In this document: one piece after another, positions 37,905 to 51,500 of the stretch
How the letters are laid out: the number at the start of each line of letters is the position of its first letter
Numbering within the stretch: position 1 is the stretch's first letter
Assembly (NCBI RefSeq): GCF_030144855.1
Contig: NC_082709.1
Coordinates: 155,558,001 to 155,622,000 of the forward strand
DNA: 64,000 bases
Reading direction: 5' to 3'
From: Hypanus sabinus
Taxonomy: Eukaryota
Position numbers and translations under genes: made by a program
The notes under the pieces: generated by a model
The model's database searches: none
What the model was told of the DNA's origin: nothing
The model's input: only the letters and a program-made list of their open reading frames with translations

Positions 37905-40900
37905 TGGACACTAAATGCAGGGACACAAATTCAAGAGTTTCGGGGAGCAGAAGTAAGTGCAGTCACTGTTACTAACAGGAAAGTGCTTGGAAGGCTGAAA
38001 GGTCTGAAGGTAAATGATTCTCCTGAACGAGAGCGACTACACCGCAGGGTAGTCTTAGCCAGCATTGGGTATATTTGTGACATTAAATTCCACAGATTCA
38101 CATCCTCCGGGTAAAGGAATTCCTCTGCAGCTCAATTCTAAAGGGACATCCTTTTGTTGCCCTGTTGTCCTAGGTTCCTAGACTCGCCCACTGATAGAAA
38201 CATCCTGTGTGTATCCATGCTGTCTAGGCCTTTCAGAATTTGGTTGTTTTCATTGAGCTCCCCCTCCCCCCACATTCTTCTAAAACTCCTACGAGTACAG
38301 ACCCAGAACTATCAAAAACGCCTCATATATTGACCCTTTCATTCTTGGGATAATTTTCTAGACTGACATATGCTTTCTTAGATTTGGAGACCAAAACTGC
38401 TAACATTACTTCAAATGTGGCCTGACCAATGCCTCATAATGTCTGAACATTACACCCTTGTCTTGCAAACATTGCATTTTCTTTCCTTACTACCGATTCA
38501 ATCAGTGAGTTAATCATTAGGAAATCCTGCACCAGGACTCCCAGTGGAATCTTATACTAAAACTCCAAAGTCCCTATGCACCTCTGATTTCTGAACTTGC
38601 TCTTTGTTTAGAAAATTGCCCTTATTCCTTCTATCAAAGTGAATGGCCATACATTGCTCTATTCTGTACTCCCTCTGCCACTCCTTAGCCCATTCTCCTA
38701 ATCTGTCCATGTCCTTCTGCAGACTCCCTGATTCCTCAACACTACCTGTCCCTCTGTCTACCTTTGTACCATCCACAAACTGGGCCACAAAGCTGTTGGT
38801 TCACTGACATACAACGTGAGAAGTCACAGGTCTAATACCAATCCTTCTGGAATGCCACTAGTCACCAGCAGACAGAGAAGTCCCCCTTTATTCACACTCT
38901 TTGTCTTCTGCCAGTCAGCTAATCTTCTGTTAATGCCTGTATCTTTTCTGTTATACCATGGACTCTTATTTTGTTTAGCAGCCTCATGTGCAGCACTTGT
39001 CAAAGGACTTTTGAAAATGCAAGTAAGTAAAAACTACCGACTCTCGTTATCAATCCTGCCTCTTGTTTCTTCAAAGAATTCCATCAGATTTATCGGTAAT
39101 GATTTCCCTGTCATAAGGTGGGCGTTGGGAACAGACCCAAATGCAAGACACAGACACTGAAGTACAAGGGAGAGGATTAGGTGTATCAAGAAGTAAAGGA
39201 AAGTGGGGAAGAAATGATGCTGGACAAGACACAGGCCCTGGACAAGACTAGGAGACGGCATGGGCTAGGACTAGACTAGGAAAGAGGGACCTGGACGAGG
39301 AACTAGGAACCTGGACAAGGACTCGGAGCCAGAGACTGGACAGGGACCCAGAACCTGGGTCTTGCCTTGGGCTCGGACTCTGGATCCAGGCGAGGACTGG
39401 ACGTGGCAAGGCAACAGGACTGGACGTGGGAGCAGAACGCAGGACTCCAGGGCTGGATGAAGACATGAAGCTCAGACTTGGTCCTGGTCGAGGGAGAGCA
39501 GGAACACAGAGCCTAAGTTGAGGGAGAGCAAATCAGAGGCGGGGAGAGGTGTAGCTGGAACACGGACACTAGCCCTGAACGAGACCAGGACTCAGGGCCT
39601 AGGCTACGACTTGGACACGGACTAGAACCTCCTCAGAGCTCAACGATAGATAGTTCTTTCTGTTGGCATGGCAAAGCTCAGGTCTCACTCCGGCGGCTGA
39701 ACTTGATGGCGATACAGGCGAGGTTGCTGGCAGGGCTTCAGAGGGAAGGAAGGGAACAGTCCAGCCTCAGGTAACGGCAAGGACAGCCTGACTTACCCAA
39801 CAGGGGCAAGGACAGGAAGGGACAGATCCCACCATGGGGTAACAGCAAAAACGGCCTGGCTTACCCCACAGAGGTGAGGACAGGATACCAATGAGACGAA
39901 CCAGCAACCACACTCGAACCCAGGGCCACTTACATTCCAGCCCCAATATGAGAATCAGGTGCCTGTGATTAAGCCCAACTGAAACAATGGACAGCCAGAA
40001 GACCCGGAGTCCAGAGTCCACGGACCGCACCATGAACCGGAACGCGGACTTCACGGATTGGACCATGACATTCCCTTTAGGGAAACCATGCTGACTTTAG
40101 CCTATTTTATCTTGTGCCTCCAAGTACCCCAAAGCGTCATCCTTAAAAATAGACTCTATCTATTTGCTAGCCACTGAAGTCAAGCTAACTGGCCTGTCCC
40201 TTGCAAACCTCCCTTCGTGAAGAGTGGAATGTCATTTGCAGAGTTCTAGTCCTCCGGAATTATTCCAGAACCTAGTGATTTATGAAAAGCACTACAAATG
40301 CCTTCACATTCTTGTCAACTACCCCTTTCAGAACCCCGCGGCGTAGTCACTCTCGTTCAGGAGACTTATTTACCTTCAGACCTTTCAGCCTTCCAAGCAC
40401 TTTCCTGTTAGTAATAGCGACGGCACTTACTTCTGCTCCCTGAAACTCTCAAACTTCTGGTATATTGCTAGTGCCTTCCACCTTGAAGACTGACACAAAA
40501 AATTTACTTAGTTTGTCTGCCGTTTCTTTGTTCACCGTTACTACCTCTCCAGCCTCATATTCCAGTTATTATTAGCAAGCCTACCTTCATATTTAATTTT
40601 TACTCTTTTTGCTTTTCAGTTGCCTTCTCTTGGTTTCCCAATACTTTAGCTTCCCTCTAATTTGTGCTACATTGTTTTTTGCATTGATACCGCTATTGAC
40701 TTCCCTTGTTAGCTACAGTTGCCTAATCTCCCTTTAGAATGTTTCTTCTGCTTTGGGATATATCAATCCTGCAACTTCCAAATTAATCCCGGAAGTACCA
40801 GGCATTGCTGCTCTACCATTATCCCTACTAGTGTCCACTTTCAATCTACTTTGGCCATCTTCTCTCTCATGCCTCTGCAGTTTTGTTTACTCAATTGTAA

Positions 40901-41420
40901 TAATGATACATCTGATTTTAGTTTCTCCCTTTCAGGTTGCTGGGTGAATTCTATCGTATTCAATCACTGCTTCCTAAGGGCTCCTTTACCACAAGCTCCC
41001 TAACTGAATCTGGTTCATTACACAACCGCCAATTCAGAATTGCCTTTTTGTTAGTGGGCTCAACCACAAGATGCTCTAAAAGGCTGCTTGCTGGGCATTA
41101 CCCCAAACACCTTCTGTTGGGATCCAGCACCAACCTGATTTTCCCAATCTACCTGCATATTGAAATCCCCTCATAATATTGCCCCTTTTACGTAACTTTA
41201 CTATCTCCTGTTGTAATTTGTACCCCACATTCTGGCTACTATTTGGAAGCCTGAATACACCTTCCATCAGGGACTTTTTAACCTTGCACTTTCTGAACTC
41301 TACTCCCAAGGATTCTACATCATCTGATCTTCTGTCAATTCTTTCTAATGATCTGATTTCATTTTGACTAGCAAAGCCACCTGAATCCCTCTGCCCACCT
41401 CTGTCCTTTCAATACTGTGG
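37905..41420 (-). mobile_element. Degraded CR1 LINE split by a solo LTR (short plus-strand CR1 piece at about 37905-38050)
   Basis: RT and endonuclease remnants (ORFs 38552-38788, 41076-41309); the CR1 sequence tgatttccc|tttagggaaaccatg rejoins across the LTR. Confidence 0.8.
39109..40070 (-). mobile_element. Solo LTR, 962 bp, third family
   Basis: TGTCAT...ATGACA inverted ends and a 5-bp TSD TTCCC (39104-39108, 40071-40075); interrupts contiguous CR1 RT sequence. Confidence 0.88.
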
Positions 41421-42612
41421 AAACAAAAGCAAGGAAAGGGTTAAAGTCATGAGCTTTATACCGCCTTTCCTACAAGTGGAAGTTTAGCAAGGTGACAGTC
41501 AAGATAATTTGACAGAGAGACGTAATGTACTCACCCAGTCTGAACATGGCCCTTGAAGCCAGAACTGTCCTTTTCCCAGCCTTTCTTTCCAAGTCTGGGA
41601 ACCAAGGTCAGCAAACATACCAAGTCAAGATAAAGATGAGAACAAAGGATTCCAGGGCAACACTTGCTTCAGAATTTCACAAATTCTGAAGTTTTTTTGG
41701 TCATAGATTTCAATGGTCATTAACACATGAAATATGTGTGATGATTGATATTTTAATATGTATATGAAGGTATTTAGAAGTGACAAAGATTCTATTGGAT
41801 CCATACCCAACTAGTCAAGCTTGGTGACAGGGTCTAAGCTGTTCTCCTTGCACACAAGTAAATAAAGTGTGATGGAAGAAGGAGTGCAAATTGTCAGAGT
41901 CTAGTGAATCGGAGACAATAATACAATGTGTATCCTTGAATGTTAGGATTTCTAGCTTGACTCTGTGATGCCCACAACATCATACCTGCTGATTTCTGAG
42001 CTACAAGTTCATATACTTTATTTCATAACTTGCATGCATTCAAATATTCCTGTAGAATCAGGAATCAGTTTTATTACGTCTGACATACGTTGTGAAATTT
42101 GTTTCTCTTGCAGCAGCAGCAGAGTAACACATAACATACACAATAACTTACAGTAAGAAATACATGCTAAGAACTAAGTCAGGAGTGCAAAAAGAGCGGA
42201 GATATAGGAGGCAGTGTTCGTGGGTTCATGGTACGTTCAGAAATCTGATGGTGCAAGGAAGCTGTTTCTAAAATATTGAGTCTGTGTATTCATCACCTTT
42301 CATTTCAAATTTTGCCTCCATGTTGCCTGAAGTGATATTTTTATCCCTTTCTAAACTTTTCATTTTATTCTTTATTCTGGAGACAAAGTGGAGGATAAAG
42401 TATTTTAAAAAGCTAACAGGACCAAAATTAGTCAAATCCCTAGATCCCCAAAGTTCGCAAACCTGAGTGAGGCTGATAAAATACATTTTCTCGAATACGC
42501 TTAGAAACAAAGGACATTCTGTGTACTAAGTCAATGACAAACAGTGAGGACCTTGAAGAAATAACTCTTGAGGATGGAAGTGCGGAGATCTGAGGCTGGC
42601 ATCATCAGCGTA

Positions 42613-45600
42613 GAACCATAGAACATTACAGCACAGAAAAAGGCCTTTTGGCCCTTCTTGGCTGTGCCGAACCATTTTTCTGTCTAGTCCCACTGACCTG
42701 CACCTGGACCATATCCCTCCATACACCTCTCATCCATGTACCTGTCCAAGTTTTTCTTAAATGTCAAAAGTGAGCCTGCATTCACCACTTCAACTGGCAG
42801 CTCATCCCACACTCCCACTACTCTCTGTGTGAAGAAGCCCCCCCAATGTTCCCTTTAAACTTTTCCCTTTTCACCCTTAACCCATGTCCTCTGGTATTTT
42901 TTCTCCCCTAGCCTCAGTGGAAAAAGCCTGCTTGCATTCACTCTATCTATACTTATCGTAATTTTATACACCTCTATCAAATCTCCCCTTATTCTTCTAC
43001 GCTCCAGGAAATAAAGTCCTAACCTATTCAACCTTTCTCTGTAACTCAGTTTCTCAAGTCCCGGCAACATCCTAGTAAACCTTCTCTGCACTCTTTCAAC
43101 CTTATTAATATCCTTCCTGTAATTAGGTGACCAAAACTGCACACAATACTCCAAATTTGGCCTCACCGATGTCTTATACAACCTCACCATTACATTCCAA
43201 TTCTTATACTCAATACTTTGATTTATAAATGCCAATGTACCAAAAGCTCTCTTTACGACCCTATCTACTTGTGATACCACTTTTAGGAAATTATGTATCT
43301 GTATTCCCAGATCCCTCTGTTCTACTGCACTCCTCAGTGTCCTACCATTTACCTGTATGTTCTACCTTGGTTTGACCTTCCGAAGTGCAATACCTCACAA
43401 ATGTCTGCATTAAACTCCATCTGCCATTTTTCAGTCCATTCCTCCAACTGGTCCAAATCCCTCTGCAAGCTTTGAAAACCTTCCTCAGTGTCCACTAAAC
43501 CTCCAGTCTTTGTATCATCAGCAAATCTGCTGATCCAATTTGCCACATTATCATCCAGATCATTGATATAGATGACAAATAACAATGGACCCAGCACTGA
43601 TCCCTGTGGCACACCACTAGTCACAGGCCTCCACTCAGAGTAGCAATCCTCTACTACCACTCTCTGGCCTCTCCCATTGAGCCAATGTCTAATCCAATTT
43701 ACTACCTCTCCATGTATACCTAGCGACTGAATCTTCCTAACTAACCTCCCATGCAGGATCTTGTCAAAGGCCTTACTGAAGTCCATGTATACGACATCCA
43801 CTGCCTTCCCTTTATTCAGTTTCCTGGTAACTTCCTCGAAAAACTCTAATAGATTGGTTAAATATGACCTACCATGCACAAAGCCATGCTGACTTTTTCT
43901 AACAAGTCCCTGTCTATCCAAATACTTGTAGATCCTATCTCTTAGTATTCCTTCCAATAATTTACCTACTACCGATATCAAACTCACCAGCCTATAATTT
44001 CCCAGCTTACTTTTTGAGCCTTTTTTAAACAACAGAACTAAATGAGCTATCCTCCAATCCTCAGGCACCTGACCCGTGGATATCGACATTTTAAATATTT
44101 CTGCCAGAGCCCCTGCAATTTCAACACTAGTCTCCTTCAAGGTCTGAGGGAATATCCTGTCAGGTCCTGGGGATTTATCTACTCTGATTTGCCTCAAGAC
44201 AGCAAGCACCTCCTCCTCTTTAATCTGTATAAGTTCCATGACCTCCCTACTTGTTTGTCTTGTTTCCATAGACTCCATTCCAGTTTCCTTAGCAAATATA
44301 GATGCAAAAAACCCATTTAAGATCTCCCCCATTTCTTTTGGTTCCATACATAACCAACCACTCTGATCTTCAAGAGGACCAATTTTATCCCTTACTATCC
44401 TTTTGCTCTTAATATACCTGTAGAAGCTCTTTGGATTATCCTTCACCATGACTGCCAAAGCAACCTCATGTCTTCTTTTAGCCCTCCTGATTTCTTTCTT
44501 AAGTATTTCCTTACTCTTTTTATACTCCTCAAGCATCTTATTTCCTCCCTGTTGCCTATACATGTTATACATCTCTCTCTTCTTCTTTATCAGAGTTCCA
44601 ATATCCCTCGAGAACCAAGGTTCCTTATTCTTATTCGTTTTGCCTTTAATCCTGACAGGAACATACAAACTCTGCACTCTCAAAATTTCTCCTTTGAAGG
44701 CCTCCCATTTACCAATTACATCCTTGCCAGAGAACAACCTGTCCCAACCCATGCTTTTTAGATCCTTTCTCATTTCTTCAAATTTGGCCTTTTTCCAGTT
44801 TAGTACCTCAACCCGAGGACCAGATCTATCTTTATCCATGATCGAGTTGAAACTAATGACGTTATAATCACTGGAACCAAAGTGTTCTCCTACACACACT
44901 TCTGTTACCTGCCCTAACTTATTTCCTAATAGGAGGTCTAATATTGCATCCTCCCTAGTTGGTACATCTATATATTGATTTATAAAACTTTCCTGAACAC
45001 ATTTCACGAACTCTAACCCATCTAGACCTTTAACAGTTTGGGAGTCCCAATCAATGTATGGAAAATTAAAATCCTCTACAATCACAACTTTCTGTCTCCT
45101 GCAGTTGTCTGTTATCTCTCTGCAGATTTGCTCCTCCAATTCTCGCTGACTATTGGGTGGTCTACAATACAACCCTATTAATGTGGTCATACCTTTCCTG
45201 TTTCTCAGCTCCACCCATATGGCCTCAGTAGACAAGCCCTCCAATCTGTCCTGCCGAAGCTCTGCTGTAATATTTTCCCTGACTAGCAAAGCCACCCCCC
45301 CCCACCCTTCATCCCTCTGCCTCTATCACGTCTGAAACATCGGAACCCTGGAACATTGAGCTGCCAGTCCTGCCCCTCCTGTAGCCAATTTTCAGTAATG
45401 GCTATGATGTCATAATTCCACGTGTCAATTCAGGCCCTCAGCTCGTCTGCCTTTCCCACAATACTCCTCACATTGAAATATACACACCTCAGAAGATTTT
45501 TAACACCACACACAACCTTACTTTTTGTGACTTTGCATGAACTACTAACATCATTTATTTTTACCCCTATTCCACTATCTACTCTGGCACTCTGGTTCCC

Positions 45601-45775
45601 ATTCCCTTGCAAAACTAGTTTAAACCCTCCCCAATAACACTAGCAAACCTCCCTGCAAGTATATTGGTCCCCTTGTAGTTCAGGTGCAACCCGTCTCTCT
45701 TGTACAGGTCCCACCTGCCCCAGAAGATCCAAAAATCTGAAACCCTGCCCCCTACAGCAGTTCCTCAACTGCAGC
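42613..45775 (-). mobile_element. CR1 LINE, near-complete ORF2 plus end of the ORF1 esterase, 3' end present
   Basis: 648-aa ORF 43349-45295 (endonuclease, DFSKAFD, GVPQGSVLGP, RFADDTK), C-terminus in ORF 42855-43280, N-terminal YFNVRSIVGKADEL; broken by stops and frameshifts. Confidence 0.93.
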
Positions 45776-46217
45776 ATTGGTTGTCCCCGTCGGTGATTGT
45801 CAAGCATTGCCATTTCAGGCACAACTGAGGGTGTGGACAGATCTCAGGTCAGATAACCTAGTCCATACTTACAAAATTATGTATGTAGTGGATGGCACCC
45901 AAATGAATAATGGGAGGTTTGCTTACGTGGTATGTCTAATGTCATTGGCAAGGCTCCAGATTTCTGCTTTTGTAATGTAGGTTTGTTGTCTTTTGGTTGG
46001 CTTGTGCAGAAATATTTAAGATAATTTGAATTCTCTTCTTACTGCGATGGAATAAACGTGCAGGAAAACCTGTTGGTTAAGTTGAAAAAACACATAATGT
46101 AAGGAGTAAGGTTTAGACGGGTGATCCAATTCAACACAGTAATTTACTTGCTCAGTGATCCAGATTAATGTACTGTAAGTGGTTACTCAGCAACCTGTTT
46201 GGAGCCCTGCTTCACTC

Positions 46218-46218
<1 letters not shown>

Positions 46219-46252
<34 letters not shown>

Positions 46253-46855
46253 CTTTATTCATCCCCAAGGGGAAATTCAACATTTTTCCAGTGTCCCATA
46301 CACTTATTGTAGCAAAACTAATAACATACAGTATTTAACTCAGTATAAATATGATATGCATCTAAAATCACCCTCCCAAAAAGCACTAATAAATAGCTTT
46401 TAAAAAGTTCTTAAGTAGTTTACTAAAGTGCATTGAGTGGTAACTTAAGCTCAGTCCTAACCCCGGCACTTTAACATGTCTTGCCCCTGGTGGTTGAATT
46501 GTAGAGCCGAATGGCGTTGGGGAGTAATGATCTCTTCATCCTGTCTGAGGAGCATTGCATTGACAGCAACCTGCCGCTGAAGCTGCTTCTCTGTCTCTGG
46601 ATGGTGCTGTGCAGAGAATGTTCAGGGTTTTCCGTGATTGACCGTAGCCTACTCAGCGTCCTCCGCTCTGCCACCAATGTCATACTCTCCAGTTCTGTGC
46701 CCACGACAAAGCCCGCCTTCCTTACCAGCTTATTAAGACGTGAGGCATCCCTCTTCTTAATGCTGCCTCCCCAGCACGCCACCACAAAGAAGAGGGCGCT
46801 CTCCACAACTGACCGATAGAACATCTTCAGCATCTCACTACAAACATTGAATGAC
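46219..46855 (-). mobile_element. Rex1/Babar LINE 3' fragment with (TCTA)n tail
   Basis: ORF 46471-46833 FYRSVVESALFF...WGG...RLNKLVRKAG...HSLH...SLLPNAIRLYN; (GATA)n at about 46219-46250 on the plus strand. Confidence 0.85.
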
Positions 46856-47399
46856 GCTCATGGCAATCTATTGTCACTTTGCATTTTTATGCATCTGCAA
46901 ATTGAAAGCTGCAGCAGAAGTGCAAGCCTGGTGAAAGTTCAAAGTAAAGTTATTATCAAACTACATATACCAACAAAAGATTCAATTTCTTGCAGGCATT
47001 CACAGTACCTACAAAATTATTCAAGTAGCTTAGAGCTAGAAATGGGTTTTACTGAGAATAAATCTAAAACTTAGCAATTATTTTTAGTGATTTTATTATT
47101 TTGTGCACATCTTTTGGTGAATGTTATCTTGTTTCACATTAATCTGTTTTCAATTTTAAAAAATGTTCAATGAGGCAAACTAGGAATGAAAGACTTTTGT
47201 TCTGCAGTCGTTCCATAACTGTTCAATACACATTTGATACTTGTTTGATCCTGAGGTGCCAGGCGTCTGCACCAGCAGTGTGTCGCAGGTTTTTGCCAAT
47301 CAGTTTACAATTGACACTCATGCGCTACAGAGTTGTGCTTTGTTCATCCTTTGTGAACATTTGCAGTTTTATACTTTTTCGAAAATTAAGCCTTGGTTT

Positions 47400-47887
47400 T
47401 ACATTCGGTTACCCATCACAGTGCAAAAGAAAAGCAGAAAGTGATAGTAAGCGTGAATTCAATGAAAGTGGGAATATGAGTTCTTATTTAAAGCAGGTCC
47501 GTCAGGAAAACCGTCGTGCATTGTTTGTGAAAACATTTTCTCACATAATAGAAGACATGATCTTAACAGACACTATAAAACACAACATCAGACTGAAATG
47601 GAAGGAAAACTGACGCTAGTGCTTGGGTCTGAGTTACAGAAAGAATATGTGATTAAGAAAAAGGAAGAAATCAAAAAAAGACAAAATATATTTGTTAAAA
47701 GTCTCATTAAGGTGAGTCATGTTTATCTTGTTTTTTATATTAAATCAATACATCATGTAAAATGGTTAATATGTCTATATTAACATATTCTTACAAGAAT
47801 TGAATGGGGCTACCAGAGTTGTATGGCACATCTGAACTCGTGCATGAAAAAACTGACGCATGGAATGTAAAAGGTTGGCCACCCCTG
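47400..47887 (+). mobile_element. hAT (Charlie/SPIN-like) internally deleted element: N-terminal zinc-finger remnant and right TIR
   Basis: GKPSCIVCENIFSHNRRHDLNRHYKTQH at about 47500-47590; terminus ggttggccacccctg followed by gtttagac, resembling the NTCTAGAN target. Left TIR not securely found. Confidence 0.7.
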
Positions 47888-47899
47888 GTTTAGACCCCC

Positions 47900-48930
47900 C
47901 TGAACAGCACTGGTTGTCCAATCCTTTCCTGCATATTGGTGCCCCTTGGGTTCCAGTGTAATCAGTTCCTTCTCTACAGGTTGCACCTGAGTTCAGAAGA
48001 AATCCCAATGATTCAGGAGTCTTAATGCCTGCTTCCTGCACCAGTTCCTCAGCCACACATTTATCTGTCAAATGATCCTCTTCTTACCCTCACTAGTGCG
48101 TGGCACAGGCAGCAATTCAGAGATTACTTCCACAGCTTTCTACCTAACTTCCTAGATTCTCTCTTTAGGACCCCTTTATGTCATTGGTGCCATTAACTAC
48201 CAAGACTTCTGGCTGCTCGCCCTTCCCTTTCAGAATGCCACTTACTGGATCTGAACCGTCCCTGACTCTGGCAGCAGGGAGGTAACATTCCATCCGTGTG
48301 TCTCCATCACATCTACAGAATCTGGTTTTTCCTCCTCTAACTATGGAACCTCCAATCACTGTTGCAGTCTATTCACTTTGCTTCTGCTCAGAGCTACAGC
48401 GCCAGACTCAGAATCAGAGACTCAGTTGCTGCTGCTCCCCTGGTCGGTCAACCCCCCCCAACAGAATCTAAAAGGGGAAAAGCCACAGGGCTACTCTGTA
48501 TTGGCTGCCCATTCCCTTTCTATTCTCTCCTGTTAGTTACCCAGTTGCCTGCCTCCTGCAGCCAGCCAAAGGGCGACTGCCTCCCTGTAGCTCCTATCTA
48601 TCACTTCCTCAGTCTCCCGTATGAGTCGAAGGTCCATGCAGGTCCAGTCCTTTAACATGTTCTCTGAGAAGATGCAGCTTGGTACTTGGTGCACTTGTGG
48701 CCACCTGGGAAGATGTAGGTCTCCCAGTATTCCCCCATCTTACACAAAGAACACAACACCGCCCCCGGAGTCTTTCTCACAGCTCTAACTATGCCCTATC
48801 AGATGAAGAGTGAAGAAGAGAAAAATAAACTTATCGCCCCAATCCAGATCCCGCCCAAGTCTGATGACCCAAAGCCTCCCCACTCACACAATGGCTGCTC
48901 CGCTTGCTCCTGCTTTATTTTTATTGGCCT
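47900..48930 (-). mobile_element. CR1 5' region with ORF1 SGNH-esterase remnant
   Basis: IGGSIVRG...LPAARVRD...ILKGKGEQPEVLVVNGTNDI (ORF 48165-48359). Confidence 0.75.
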
Positions 48931-49586
48931 TAGCTAATGAATCCTCTTCACTGTTTGGCTGCAGTTCAAACTCTGAAGATTGCCACAAAGCGCTGCTTTT
49001 TAAAAATTTTCGATCACCGACCTTTGATAAGTCGCCTCTTCTTCTCACGCTTCTGTTGTCTGATTGGCCATGGTTCAATCTCACAGCTCTGGAAATCAAT
49101 CCTCCAACTATTATTCCGCTTACAAGGATAAGTGCCTCCCTCCTGGCACTTATCCATATAAACGGAACAAGTGTTGCACCTGCCCTTACACTTCCTCCCT
49201 CACCACCAGTCAGGGCCCCAGACAGTCCTTCCAGGTGAGGCGACACTTCACCTGTGAGTCGGCTGGTGTGGTATACTGCGTCCGGTGCTCCCGGTGTGGC
49301 CTTTTATATATTGGTGAGACCCGACGCAGACTGGGAGACCATTTCGCTGAACATCTACACTTGGTCCGCCAGAGATAGCAGGATCTCCCAGTGGCCACAC
49401 ATTTTAATTCCACGTCCCATTCCCATTCTGATATGTCTATCCATGGCCTCCTCTACTGTCAAGATGAAGACACACTCAGGTTGGAGGAACAACACCTTAT
49501 ATACTGGCTGGGTAGCCTCCAACCCGATGGCATGAACGTTGACTTCTCTAACTTCCGTTAATGCCCATCGTCCCACTCTTACCCCA

Positions 49587-49803
49587 TGTGGTGAACTACA
49601 TATACCTGTCTGGACACGCCCCCTGCTGACTGCTCCTGTGGCTCCTCCCACAGACCCCTGTATAAAGGCGATCGAGGCCTGAGCCCGGCCTCTCTGTCTC
49701 CAGGATGTAGTATGGTGGTCACTCACTGCTTGTTCCTTCTTCCAGTAAATAAAAGCCGATATCTCGCCTTCACGTCTCAGAGTGAGTTATTGATGGTGCA
49801 TCA
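49587..49803 (+). mobile_element. Solo LTR, same family as the Gypsy element at 14610
   Basis: TGTGGTGAACT...GGTGCATCA; 5-bp TSD CCCCA at 49582-49586 and 49804-49808. Confidence 0.93.
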
Positions 49804-50078
49804 CCCCATCCCTGACATATTTAGTTGTTTGTTTTTTTCTCTCTCTCTGCCCATCACCCTGCTTGTTCTCCATCTCCCTCTGGTGCTCCCCCCTCCCCCT
49901 TTCTTTCTTCCGAGGCCTCCCGTCCCACGATCCTTCCCCTTCTCCAGCTCTGTATCACTTTCACCAATCACCTTTCCAGCTCTTAGCTTCATCCCACCCC
50001 TTTCGGTCTTCTCCTATCATTTCGCATTTCCTCCTCCCCCCACTACTTTCAAATCTCTTACTATCTTTCCTTTCAGTT

Positions 50079-50114
50079 AGTCCTGATGAAGGGTCTCGGC
50101 CCAAAACGTCAACA
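50079..50114 (+). ncRNA. Minimal hammerhead ribozyme motif, probably inactivated (G12A)
   Basis: agtc-CTGATGA-aGGGtctcggCCC-AAAACGTC-aaca. Confidence 0.6.
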
Positions 50115-50209
50115 GTGCTTCTCCCTATAGATGCTGCCTGGCCTGCTGTGTTCTATCAGCATTTTGTGTGTGTTGCCCAGTTGCACTCAAACCTACTGTA
50201 ATGGAGTAT

Positions 50210-51500
50210 TTTAGAAGCTGCTCATGGCCAGAATTAACTCCTGCCTAAGCAAGGACCTGGACCTGCTGCAGTTTTCCTATCTCCACAATAGGTGTACAGT
50301 GGACAAAATCTCACTGGATCTCCACTTGGCTTTGGATCGCCTGAACGACGGGAATACGTATATCAGGCTGGTGTTTGCTGCTTACAGCTCAGTATTGAAG
50401 ACTAGCATATTCTCAGTACTTATCAACAAGCTCCACAGCCTGAACTTCTGCACCTCTCTCTGCAGCTGGAATCTTGGCTTTCTCATTGAGAGACCACAGT
50501 CAGTGTGGAGAAGAAATAACATCTCCTCCTCTCTGACAATCAACACTGGCGCATCTCAAGGATGTGTGCTTAGCCCACTGCTCTACTCTCTCTACGTCTA
50601 CGACTGTGTGGCTAGGCACAGCTCAAACTTCATATATAAACTTGCTGATGACTCAACCACTGCCGGCAGAATTTCAGATGGTGACAAGGATGTGTACGGG
50701 GGTGGAATGGATCAGCTGGTTGAGGGGTGTCACAACAACACCTTGCAAAGAATTGATTGAGGACTTCAGAAAAGGTAAGTCGAGGGAACACACACCAGTT
50801 CTCGTTGAGGGATCAGCAGTAGAAAGGGCGAGCAGATTCAAGTTCCTGGATGCCAAACATCCTTGAGGTTCTGCCCTGGCCAACGTGTGGATGCGATTTC
50901 ACGCAAGGCACAACGGCGGCTATATTTCATTAGGAGTGTGAGGAGACTCGGGATGTCGGCACATTTCTACAGGTGTACTGTGGAGAGCATTCTACCTGGC
51001 TGCATCACCATCAGGTACGGAGGGGTCACTGCACAGGGTTGGAGAAAGCTGCAGACTCACCCAGCTCCACCATGGCCACTAGCCTCCCCAGCATCGACGA
51101 CATCTTCAAAAAGCGATGCCTCAAAAAAGGCGGCATCCATCATTAGGGAGCCGCATCTCTCCAGAATTGCCCTCTTCTCATTGTTACCATCAACGAATAG
51201 ATACGTGAGCCTGAAGACACAAATGCAACATTTTGGGAACAGCTTCTTCTCCGCTGCGATCAGATTTCTGAGTGAACAATGAACCTATGTACACACGCTT
51301 TTTTTTTCTGCTTTGTTTCTGCACTACTTATTTAATTTATACATACAGTACACACATACATTATATATACATACACACACACACGCACACACTTATTGTG
51401 ATTTATAGTATTATGATGTATTGCAATGTACTGCTGCTGTGAAATAACAAATTCATGACATATACCAGCGATATTCAATGTGATTCTGATTCTGATTCTG
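50210..51500 (+). mobile_element. Rex1/Babar LINE RT and 3' end, degraded, (ATTCTG)n tail
   Basis: ORF 50224-50760 (LDLLQFSY, GASQGCVLSPLLYSLY, KLADDST) and 50863-51282. Confidence 0.85.

Larger units (their letters stand above)
49130..50180 (+). mobile_element. Penelope-like element (GIY-YIG plus terminal repeat) interrupted by a solo LTR
   Basis: GVVYCVRCSRCGLLYIGETRRRLGDHFAEH in ORF 49064-49378; hammerhead motif at 50079. Confidence 0.85.

Noticed and set aside
43349-45295. 648-aa CR1 ORF as an active or domesticated gene
   Set aside because: N- and C-terminal parts of ORF2 are in separate broken frames, so it is a decaying copy.
46111-46118. gtttagac as the left 8-bp TSD of the hAT element ending at 47887
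   Set aside because: It matches the right flank exactly, but the following bases only weakly resemble the expected CAGGGGTGGCCAACC TIR, so the left boundary is not supported.
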